Positions 9,785 to 18,600 of a DNA stretch of 32,000 nucleotides are shown piece after piece. The stretch lies in contig NC_008818.1 of the NCBI RefSeq assembly GCF_000015145.1, forward strand, positions 600,001 to 632,000, written 5' to 3'. The translations under genes were made by a program, and so were the position numbers. The notes below the pieces were generated by a model, which worked only from the letters and a program-made list of their open reading frames with translations, was not told the DNA's origin and searched no databases. The stretch is from Hyperthermus butylicus DSM 5456. GTDB lineage: Archaea; Thermoproteota; Thermoprotei_A; Sulfolobales; Pyrodictiaceae. How positions within the stretch are numbered: the stretch's first letter is position 1; every line of letters starts with the position of its first letter.

Positions 9785-11335
9785 GTGTTAATAACCTCCG
9801 TACTAGTTACGGCTTGCCGGCAGAGCGTGGCTAAACCTGTAAAAATAGGGCTGAGTAGAACCTGGTATTGTCCGGAGCCCGCGTGGGTGTATAGTGAAAT
9901 GAATTGTTGCGATAAAGCCTCGGACCCCAACTCTTTTGTATGGGGTGTCCGTGCACTCGACAAGATGCTTGTTGGTAGTCTTAGGCCGGGCACTACAGTC
10001 CTTATAGCGGGGAATCCCGGTGCGGGCAAAACTATTCTAGCGGCATCAATATGTTACGTTAACGCGTTCCGCGGAGTTCCATGTCTCTACGTCTCGCTGC
10101 AGGAGTCTAGGGAGAAGTTTCTATGGTACATGGCTAGGCTCGGTATGAACTTTTCCGAGTTGGAGGAGAAGGGGCTCTTTGAATACCGTGATGTACCCCT
10201 TATTGTTGACCGTGCTGCTGTTGGACACGTGCTCGAGGACATAATTAGTGCTGTAACAAGCCATGGCCATAGGGTGATAGTAATTGATAGTTTTACCCCC
10301 ATTGGCCTACTGGTTGGCGGTACCGTCGAGGCTCGGGAGGTGCTACAGAACTTCTTCTACAACCTCGCTAGGCTAACCAAGGGCCTAGTAGTTATCGTTG
10401 CAGAGGTGCCCTACGGCTCCGAGAAAATAGAGCTTGGCGGGATAGAGTTTGTAGCAGATATAGTCATCATGCTCAAGCAGAAGGTGGAAAACGGTTTCAT
10501 AACAAGGCTCATGGAGGTGAGGAAGATCCGCGGGGCGCCAATAACAACAGCAGAGATACCATTCACCATAGTGGAGGGCAAGGGGCTAGTTGCATGCCCC
10601 CCGCCAATGATTGAGGATATACCCGCGCCGAGGAGGGAGGTGAAGCTCCAGCTACCCTGCACAGCTCTCGAGGAGGCTATAGGCCCCCTATACCCAGGCC
10701 ACCACGTAACAGTGTTCTACCCCCCAGATGGCAGGGCTCGGTACCTCCTAGTACCACTACTTGCTGGCTTCATACTCTCCAACAAGCTGAGAACACTGAT
10801 TATAAGCTATGAGAGGAGCCCCGAGGAGATCATGGATGGTCTCGTCGAGCAGCTTGGCGAGCTAGCTGGAGATGCTAAGGAGAGGCTAGAGGAGCTTGTC
10901 CGCGTAACCTCCTTCAACCCGGCCTCGATGTCCCTAGAGGAGCTCTATGCTAGGGAGCTACAAGAAATAGAGGAGTACCAGCCCTTGCTACTCGTCTTTG
11001 ACCGCTCCGACATACCATACCTGGTACACGGTACTAGGGACGAGCACCGCTACTACATGTACCTGCGCAACGAGCTGCTAATGTTTCGCTCCAAGGGAAT
11101 GACGACGATAAGGGTGCTAGCACTTATCGACGAGAAGATGTACCGGCTAAACACGAGCATGGCCGACATAGTGTTAAGGCTCACCTACCGCAGGAGCGGA
11201 GAGCAGCACCGCCCGAGGCTCTATGTGTGGCGTAATGGCCGCAACCCCAAGGTGTTGGGGCCAGCAGCCCTCGAGCACTGTAGGAGCGAGGTACAATCAG
11301 TGATAGGGGGTCTACTTGGCTCTAGAGTAGGCTAG
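9785..11335 (+). CDS. KaiC-like / RecA-superfamily ATPase, two-domain
   Basis: 516-aa track ORF. Domain 1 has Walker A (LIAGNPGAGKTILAASI) and Walker B (RVIVIDSF). Domain 2 (from about residue 300) has KaiC-like layout but no P-loop. The ATG at 9899 (MNCCDKASDPNSFVWGVRALDKML) is the likelier start. Confidence 0.8.
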   Translation: MLITSVLVTACRQSVAKPVKIGLSRTWYCPEPAWVYSEMNCCDKASDPNSFVWGVRALDKMLVGSLRPGTTVLIAGNPGAGKTILAASICYVNAFRGVPCLYVSLQESREKFLWYMARLGMNFSELEEKGLFEYRDVPLIVDRAAVGHVLEDIISAVTSHGHRVIVIDSFTPIGLLVGGTVEAREVLQNFFYNLARLTKGLVVIVAEVPYGSEKIELGGIEFVADIVIMLKQKVENGFITRLMEVRKIRGAPITTAEIPFTIVEGKGLVACPPPMIEDIPAPRREVKLQLPCTALEEAIGPLYPGHHVTVFYPPDGRARYLLVPLLAGFILSNKLRTLIISYERSPEEIMDGLVEQLGELAGDAKERLEELVRVTSFNPASMSLEELYARELQEIEEYQPLLLVFDRSDIPYLVHGTRDEHRYYMYLRNELLMFRSKGMTTIRVLALIDEKMYRLNTSMADIVLRLTYRRSGEQHRPRLYVWRNGRNPKVLGPAALEHCRSEVQSVIGGLLGSRVG

Positions 11336-11404
11336 AGGACTCTCCAGATCTCTCTAGAGCTCTACCTTGCATTTGTGGGAGCGTATTTATCCTCTAGCGG
11401 GGAT

Positions 11405-11418
11405 TCTGCAGCTGCAGA
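11405..11418. promoter_or_regulatory. 14-bp perfect palindrome TCTGCAGCTGCAGA between a TATA-like box and the pstS start
   Basis: Read directly. TATA-like gtatttatcc lies at about 11382-11391, the palindrome at 11405-11418, and the pstS start at 11434/11440. The position fits an operator overlapping the transcription start. Confidence 0.3.
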
Positions 11419-11433
11419 CACGGGCCGCCCGGG

Positions 11434-12522
11434 TTGAGGATGCTCGCAGTACTGCTACTCGCACTGGCTGCCAGTGCCGCGGCCGCCTCTGCGATACTCG
11501 AGCTAGGCCATGGCCACGTGGTTTTTGTGACCGGCGGCGGGGCCACATTTCCCTACCCCCAGTACTATATGTGGATGCTAAAGTTCATGGAGGAGCACCC
11601 CAGGGTGCGGATGACCTACGAGTACCTCGGCAGCGGTGCTGGACAGGCAAGGTTCTTCCAGGGTACACTCGACTTCGCGGGCTCCGACCCACCGCTCGGC
11701 CATGAGGTATGGGAGCAATACCGCGGCAAGGTAATGCAGGTACCCGTACTCCTCGGCGCGGTTGTGGTTACCTACAATCTGCCCGAGCTTGGAGATAAAA
11801 CCATAAACCTTACCGGCAGGGTTCTCGCCCTCATCTATCGTGGCGACATAGAATACTGGGATGACCCGAGGATCCAGGAGCTAAACCCTGGCGTCAAGCT
11901 TCCTCACAAGCCGATAATAGTGGTTTACCGTGCCGACGCGAGTGGTACCCAGGAGGTATTCACCCTTTTTCTCCACAAGGCGGCTCCGGACATCTGGCCC
12001 AGGGAGCTTGTGGGCAAGGCGCCGGAGTATCCTGTAGCGGCGACTGGTAGGGCTCTCGGCGGCCTGGGCAATGCTGGTGTGGCTGACATTGTTGTACAGA
12101 GGCCCTACACTATAGGCTTCATAGAGTGGAGCTTTGCGATAGAGAACAATATGCCGGTAGCAGCAATAATGAATAGGGAGGGGCGCTTCGTGAAACCGAG
12201 CATTGAGAGTCTCCAAGCCGTTGCCCGGGCAGCTGCGGAGAAGCTCCCCCGGGACCCCCGGGGCGATTTTAGCGGCGACCTAGACTACGTCGTGTACGCT
12301 GAGGGCGAGGACGCTTACCCTATCACGGCCTGGACACACCTCATACTCTGGACGAGCTACAGCGACCCCGAGAAGGCCCGTGCGGTAGCAGAGTTCCTCC
12401 GCTGGATAGCATTGAAGGGCGACGAGTACATGGTTCCCGGCTATGCTCCTCCCCCGGAGCCCCTCAAGCAACTCCTCCTACGTGCGGCTGAGATCCTCGA
12501 GGAGAGTGCTGCGGCGGGGTGA
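11434..12522 (+). CDS. pstS: phosphate ABC transporter substrate-binding protein PstS
   Basis: 362-aa track ORF with a signal/anchor (MLAVLLLALAASAAAASA) and PstS-family blocks (YLGSGAGQARFFQGTLDFAGSDPPL; RADASGTQEVFT). It is the first gene of a pstSCAB cluster. Confidence 0.85.
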   Translation: MRMLAVLLLALAASAAAASAILELGHGHVVFVTGGGATFPYPQYYMWMLKFMEEHPRVRMTYEYLGSGAGQARFFQGTLDFAGSDPPLGHEVWEQYRGKVMQVPVLLGAVVVTYNLPELGDKTINLTGRVLALIYRGDIEYWDDPRIQELNPGVKLPHKPIIVVYRADASGTQEVFTLFLHKAAPDIWPRELVGKAPEYPVAATGRALGGLGNAGVADIVVQRPYTIGFIEWSFAIENNMPVAAIMNREGRFVKPSIESLQAVARAAAEKLPRDPRGDFSGDLDYVVYAEGEDAYPITAWTHLILWTSYSDPEKARAVAEFLRWIALKGDEYMVPGYAPPPEPLKQLLLRAAEILEESAAAG

Positions 12523-12531
12523 GAGAGGGGG

Positions 12532-13500
12532 ATGGGTCTCCCCGCTAGGTTGGCGTCGAGGATCCTGGGTGTGGATGTCTCCCGGATGCCACGGCACGAC
12601 AAGCTCTTTCTCCTCTCCCTCCTACCCCTCGGCGTGCTCATACTCGCCCTCTACGTGTACATAGCCTACGTGTTCGCCGACTATTCAGCCCCGGTGATCG
12701 AGAGGGAGGGGGTAGACTTCATCTTTGGCAGTGAGTGGAGCCCATCGAGGACCACCTACCAGATCTTACCAGTGCTCCTCGGCTCAATGGTGACGGCTAG
12801 TATAGCCCTGCTACTAGCTCTGCCTCCCACGCTGGCGGCGGTAGTATTCATAAACGAGTACTTGTCCCCGAGGCTCCGCGAGCCGGTGGCAAGTCTCATC
12901 GACGTTATGGCGGGGGTTCCCTCGGTAATTTACGGGCTCTGGGGCGCCAAGGTCCTCGTACCACTACTGCAGCGCTACGTCATGGAGCCACTCCATGAAA
13001 AGCTGGGCTTCATCCCGCTGTTCTCCTGCCAGCCACTCACGGGTAGGAGCATACTCGCGGCGGGCGTGGTGCTCGCCATAATGGTTACACCCTACATGTT
13101 CGCGCTGGTGAACGAGGCCTACCGCAGCATCCCGACGGCATATCGCGAGGCCATACTCGGCATTGGGGGCCGCCGCTACCATGTAGCCCGGATACTCATC
13201 TCAATGCTCCGGGGCGCCGTGGCTGGTGCAGCCCTGCTGGGTTTTGGCCGGGCGGTAGGGGAGACCATTGCGGTAACCCTCGTGGTGGGCAATGTGATAG
13301 AGATGCCCACCTGTCTCTTCGCTCCAGGCCAGACAATAACCTCACTCATAGCAACACTCTTCCCCGAAGCCCAGGCCAAGCCACTAATGCTCAACGCACT
13401 CTACGCTGCAGGCCTCACCCTCCTAGCTCTAGGCCTCGCCCTAAACTTCGCGGGACTAGCCCTCATGTACAGGTGGAGGAGGCTGATGGAGCGTGTCTAG
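12532..13500 (+). CDS. pstC: phosphate ABC transporter permease PstC
   Basis: 322-aa track ORF. It is multi-TM with the EAA-loop region EAYRSIPTAYREAILGIGGRRYHVARILISML and GRAVGETIAV. It overlaps the pstA start by 8 nt. Confidence 0.85.
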   Translation: MGLPARLASRILGVDVSRMPRHDKLFLLSLLPLGVLILALYVYIAYVFADYSAPVIEREGVDFIFGSEWSPSRTTYQILPVLLGSMVTASIALLLALPPTLAAVVFINEYLSPRLREPVASLIDVMAGVPSVIYGLWGAKVLVPLLQRYVMEPLHEKLGFIPLFSCQPLTGRSILAAGVVLAIMVTPYMFALVNEAYRSIPTAYREAILGIGGRRYHVARILISMLRGAVAGAALLGFGRAVGETIAVTLVVGNVIEMPTCLFAPGQTITSLIATLFPEAQAKPLMLNALYAAGLTLLALGLALNFAGLALMYRWRRLMERV

Positions 13501-14334
13501 GCAGGCACTACTAGACAAGCTCGTAGCAGTGGTCACTGGTGCGGCAACAGTAGCCATCATAGCCCCGCTAGTCTCGATAATCTACGAGGTAGCATCGAGA
13601 GGCATAAGCGTCATAGCCCACGTCGGCCTCATAGACTTCCTCACCCAGCCACCACCCCCGCCCGGAGCTGGGCTCGGCGGTATAGGGCCAGCATTCACTG
13701 GCTCCCTGCTCCTAACCCTCCTATCCTCAGCCATCAGCATACCGGTAGCGCTAGGCCTGGCGCTGCTAGCAGTAGAATACCCCCATACGTGGATAGCCAG
13801 GGCTGTAAGGGGCCTGGTAAAGGCACTACTCGAGATACCCACGATAGTTATAAGCATGATAGTTTATTCGCTCCTCGTAATACCCATGGGCGGGCCCTCG
13901 ATACTAGCGGGTGCGGTAGCCCTCGCGATAGTAATGCTGCCCTATACGACATCCTACGTTGAGACCTACCTCGAAAACGTGCCCTGGATCTACCGTGAGG
14001 CAGGCTATGCTATAGGCATGAAGAAGGCCCAGGTGGCAGTAAGGATAGCCATGGGGATAGCACGTAGAGGCGTGGCGGTCGGGATAGTCATGGGGTCTCC
14101 AGAGCATTCGGCGAGACAGCACCGCTACTCTTCACCCTTGGTGCTGTAAGGCTCTTCCAGCCCTACAGCATAACCGGCCCTGGAGATGCAATCCCCCTCC
14201 TCATATACCACTTCGCCCTCACACCCTACAAGAACCTCGTAGACGTGGCATGGGGTGCTGCACTCATACTCCTGGCGGGCTATCTCCTCCTCTATCTCGC
14301 CGTAAAGCTGGCGGTTAAGGGTGTAAGGCTATGA
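13493..14334 (+). CDS. pstA: phosphate ABC transporter permease PstA, interrupted by a 1-nt frameshift near 14093-14098
   Basis: Track ORF 13493..14149 ends ...GIVMGSPEHSARQHRYSSPLVL*. From 14098 the neighbouring frame reads SRAFGETAPLLFTLGAVRLFQPYSITGPGDAIPLLIYHFALTPYKNLVDVAWGAALILLAGYLLLYLAVKLAVKGVRL*, which contains the conserved GETAPLL permease motif and TM tail. That frame ends at TGA 14332-14334, overlapping the pstB ATG (ATGA). Confidence 0.85.
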
Positions 14335-15098
14335 CGCGCCAGCCAGCCGTAAGCATTAGGGGGTTAAACGTCTGGATACGTGGGAAGCATGTACTCAAGA
14401 ACATAGACCTAGACATACCTGAGGCAGCGGTAACAGTAATACTCGGCCCCAGCGGTAGCGGCAAATCCACCCTACTCAGAACCATTAACAGGCTCATAGA
14501 CTTCGTGCCAGGCGCGAAGGTTGAGGGCAAGGTCCTAGTGTTTGGCGTTGATGCATTAAAGGCTGATCCCTACGAGCTCCGGAGCAGGATCGGAATGGTG
14601 TTCCAGACGCCCAACCCATTCCCGCACATGAGCATATACGAGAACGTAGCGGTAGCAGCCAAGATAAACCGTGTGGCAAAAACAAGGGAGGAGCTAGACC
14701 AGATAGTGAAATGGGCTCTGGAGGCAGCGAGGCTCTGGGACGAGGTAAAGGACAGGCTCCACGATCCACCAACAGCGCTTAGTGGCGGCCAGCAGCAGCG
14801 CCTATGCCTAGCCAGAGCCCTAGCCATGAGGCCCAAGCTGCTACTCCTCGACGAGCCCACTGCAAACATAGACGCCCACAACACCGTGATGATAGAGAAC
14901 GCGCTCCGAAGCCTAGTAGAGGAGCTAGGCTTAACAATCATACTCGTAACACACATGCCGCACCAAGCGCTAAGAGTAGCAGACTACATCGCGGTAATCT
15001 ACAACGGCCAACTAGTAGAATACGGCCCAGCAGACGAAATAGCAGTAAACCCAAAGCACGAGTTCACAGTAAAGCTCTTCAAAGGCGAAGTAGGCTAA
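14331..15098 (+). CDS. pstB: phosphate ABC transporter ATP-binding protein PstB
   Basis: 255-aa track ORF with Walker A GPSGSGKST, ABC signature LSGGQQQRLCLARAL, Walker B LLLLDEP and H-loop VTH. Confidence 0.95.
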   Translation: MTRQPAVSIRGLNVWIRGKHVLKNIDLDIPEAAVTVILGPSGSGKSTLLRTINRLIDFVPGAKVEGKVLVFGVDALKADPYELRSRIGMVFQTPNPFPHMSIYENVAVAAKINRVAKTREELDQIVKWALEAARLWDEVKDRLHDPPTALSGGQQQRLCLARALAMRPKLLLLDEPTANIDAHNTVMIENALRSLVEELGLTIILVTHMPHQALRVADYIAVIYNGQLVEYGPADEIAVNPKHEFTVKLFKGEVG

Positions 15099-15540
15099 GC
15101 CACACCCGTAAAGTAGCCGTTGCTGTAATAGGCATCCTCGCCGAGAAGTGAACGAGTTTAGCCTAGCCCCCGAGCCCTCCCGACAGGCTACCCAACACCC
15201 CAGACTCATTATACCCCATGGCCGTGGAGTACACGATGGGCAGCACTCTATCGCGCCCAGCGACACCAGGCTAGCCTACATGTTTCGAGGCGTACACAAT
15301 CAAGTGCTCTATAAGCACTCCTTCCCGTAGTCCTAGACTAGATTAGTTCCCACGCTGCCAGGCTCCTACAAGTATACCCTCTACCTGATCCATACTAGCA
15401 TACTAGCAATATGGCGTTCAACGCAGCCAATGCACCACCCGGCTTAGCAGCTAGGGGGTGTCCGTGTAGACGGCTATAGCAATGGTGTCTCTCGTATCGG
15501 GCCGGGCAGGTGCTTACACAGCCAGGCTGCCTTGGTGATG

Positions 15541-15570
15541 AAAAAACACCAGTGTTTTGTATGGTAAAAA
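15541..15570 (-). terminator. oligo-T tracts downstream of the MMPL gene (putative archaeal terminator)
   Basis: On the minus strand, T5 (15570-15566) and T6 (15546-15541) follow the stop at 15626-15624. A small 5-bp hairpin (TGGTG/CACCA) flanks the T6. On the plus strand, a T4 tract (gtgttttgt) lies at 15555-15558. Confidence 0.3.
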
Positions 15571-15623
15571 GATGGGTTGGGATCGTCTCCGGTTCATCCC
15601 CCGTCTCTATTGCTCAAGGCTTT

Positions 15624-18600
15624 CTAGTGGCTGATGCGTCTGCGCAGCCCCCATGGCCACCATGCATGGCGGCCGAGCATCGATATTACTAGTGGTGTTA
15701 GGAGGTAAGCTGCCATTAGACCTGCTAGTAGCACTGTTACTGCTAGCGTGAAGCCCATCTCCCTCATGCCGATGTTGCTTGCTGATAGTAGTGCTAGGTA
15801 GGCGCTTGTCACAACGAATGCTAGGCCTACTATGAATGTGCTAACGGCTCCAGCGGCTCTCGCTACGGCCTTCTTTGCGTCGCCACCGCCCCGGTGGTAT
15901 TCCTCTAGGGCGCGTGCAAGGTAGAAGCTATTGTAGTCCATACCCACGCCCAGCACGGCTGCCATAGAGACTATGTGGAGGAACCATAGCACCGGTTTGC
16001 CCAGCAGGTCCTGGAAAAGTATTACGCTCGCAGCGATACCCATCATTGCTGAGCCTATGATTACTAGGAGCGCTGCTATGCTAGCCACCAGGCTGCCGAA
16101 GATGCCGGTGAACACGGCTATCATTAGGAGGCTCGCGGCTGGGAGTATGCGGCGATAGTAGACACGGTGCAGTATATCGTCCATCTCGAGTACAGCGTAG
16201 GGTGCACCGCCCACGTAGACCTTGAAGCCGTGCTGCTCAGCGTAGCTGTGTGCTATCTCGTGCACCTTCTCTATCGCCTTTTCGCCCTCGCTACTGTAGG
16301 GATCCACGCTGAGCATAACCTGTACCACAGCTATTCTGCCGTCGCTGCTCACCAGCCCGCCCATCATGCCTGCAGTCTGGCCGAATACTGCAGCGCTGCT
16401 GGCGAGCTGCGTGGGCGATATAACCTTCGCTACGCCGGGCACCTCTGCCAGCTTGGCTGCAAGCTCGTCCAGCATCTTCGCAGTAGTGTTGCTCTCCCAG
16501 ATGCTCTCCGGGAGTACTGCTACCACGTACACCGGGTCAGTGATGCCTGGCGTGAACTCCTCGCGGAGCACGTCGAATGCTTGTAGGGCTGGCGCGCCGT
16601 CGGGGAGCAGGAGCTTCATGTCGTGGCTCCCCTTGAATGTGACGTAGAAGTATGCCGAGCCTATCATCGCGGCGAGGATTACAGCCAGCACTATGGGCTC
16701 GTAGCGTATCAGCGTCCTCATCAGCCTACTCTCGCGGCCCAGCCTCTCAATGCTCGGCCTCCGCGGCCACCAGAACCAGCTCCTACCACCGAACAGCGAC
16801 AGCAGTGCTGGCACTAGTGTCAGGCTCGCGGCGGCTGTGGCGGCTACTGTTATCGGTATAGTCTCGCCTATGTTGCTAAGGAACCCTATCTCCCAGCCTA
16901 GCATGAGGCTGCCAAATCCTATGATCACTGTGAGAGCGCTAGCAACGACAGCTGGTCCAGCCCTCTCGAGGGCGCGTCTCGCGGCTTCCCGTGGGTCCTG
17001 GAGCCTAGCGTATTCCTCGCGGAACCTGTGCACAATGTATCCTGCATAGTCTGCGCCTAGGCCGAGCGCGGTAGCTATCATCAGCGACTGTGTTGTCGAG
17101 GAGACCTCTATCCAGCCCATGCTAGCTGCGATGTATACCAGGGCTCCGCCCACGGCTAGCCCGAGGAAGATGCCAATGTATGGCAGTATGACGGCGAAGA
17201 GACTCTCAAGGATTACCAGTAGCACTATGAATGTGCCAAGCTCGCTAAACTTGCTAGTCTTCTCTGCATCCCTGCCAGCATACTCCTTAACCTGCTTCAG
17301 TAGGAGATCGTTACCGCTAACATAGGCCCTCTCATAGCTTATGCCCAGCTCCTTTAACAACTCCTCCGCCGTCCTGCCAGCCTCTACGGTGTTGTCTGCC
17401 CGCTCCTCCCCAGTATCGCCGAGCGGGGTGCCCATCACGAGGAAGCCATTGTAGTCACTGGCTACGAGTAGTCCACGCGTCTCGTTGAGTAGTCTCGGGT
17501 AGACAGCCTCTAGGAGGAGTCGCTCAGCGAGCTGCCCAGCAGCAGTCTCAGCAGCCAGCTCGCCCCGTGCAACCTTCACGCCAAGCTCGATGGTAGCGTC
17601 TGCGAGCCAGTCCGGGACCTCAAACCCCTCGAAAGCAGCGCCAGCCATCTTCCCCGCAGCAGCCTCCCTCACGAGCTTCTCCACTATGCTCCACTTCCTC
17701 TCCTCGGGTATCCCGGGGCCCTCCACGGCGACGATATCGGCTAGCTTCTCGAGCAGCGGCTTAGCCTCCTCCGGCGCGTTCTCGACCGCCTCCTCCTTCA
17801 GTATCTCGGCCATGGTGCGGCGTAGGGCTTCCCGGCTCTCCAGCATCTCCCGCAGCTCACCAACGGTGAAGGGGAGGCTGAGGCCCTGCTGCTCGGCCAT
17901 CCACGCTACGGCTTCGAGGGCGAGCGTAGTGTTCGAGGCTATCCTCCCGGAGGCGTCGGGGTCGAAGCGCTCTAGCGCAGCGGCGATCAGCTTTGCCCGC
18001 TCCTCGCCGGCCTCAGCGGCGACAGCGTTCTCCACGATGCTGAGGGCTATCTTGCGCAGCTGTCCGGGCTCCGCTGCCCCCTCTGCTACGAGGAGCGAGA
18101 GCTGGGTGACAACATACCTGGGCAGGATCGCCTGGCCCATCTCTGTCATCTGCTCGTAGACTATGTCGCCGGCTGCCATGGCTGCGAGGGTTTTGTTGGC
18201 TGCCAGTAGCCCCTCAGCCTCCGGGTCATACCTCGGCAGTACCTGCAGCAGCTGCTTGGCTTCAGCCGGGACTTCCCCGGCTAAGAGCTGGACTGCCTCG
18301 CGCGCAGCAACTCTACGATCCATGGCGCCCTCCTGGAGTATCCTCTTGGCGGCCTCGACGGCGTCGCCTGGCACCCCGAAGGCCTCCAGGAGCTTTGCAG
18401 CAGCCTCAACAGCCTTGTCAGGGCTGGAGGCTAGGGCGAGGCTCGCCGCTGGGTCAGCCTCGACCAGTACCCGTGCGAGGAGCTCCGTGGCGTTGGCCGG
18501 TAAGCCCATCTCCTCGGCGGCCCGCCCCGCTACCACCAGGGCAGCGTCGAGGGGCTCCAGGGCTCCCTGCGCAGCCTTCGCCGCCAATTGCTCAGCGATA

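Noticed and set aside
11367-11705. 112-aa plus-strand ORF overlapping the pstS start in another frame
   Set aside because: It is Arg/Cys-rich and not protein-like, and it is fully overlapped by the well-supported pstS frame.
15099-15335. A minus-strand frame downstream of pstB reading LREGVLIEHLIVYASKHVG*PGVAGRDRVLPIVYSTAMGYNESGVLGSLSGGLGG*AKLVHF..., which could be another gene with in-frame TAGs or a phoU relic
   Set aside because: I recognise no family pattern and found no usable start. Open stretches of this length are expected by chance in GC-rich DNA. I treat it as noise.
15527-15600. A C-box-like GTGATGA (15534-15540), suggesting a C/D box sRNA
   Set aside because: No properly spaced D', C' or terminal D (CTGA) boxes follow within 50-70 nt. 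The element fits better as part of the hairpin and oligo-T terminator region.
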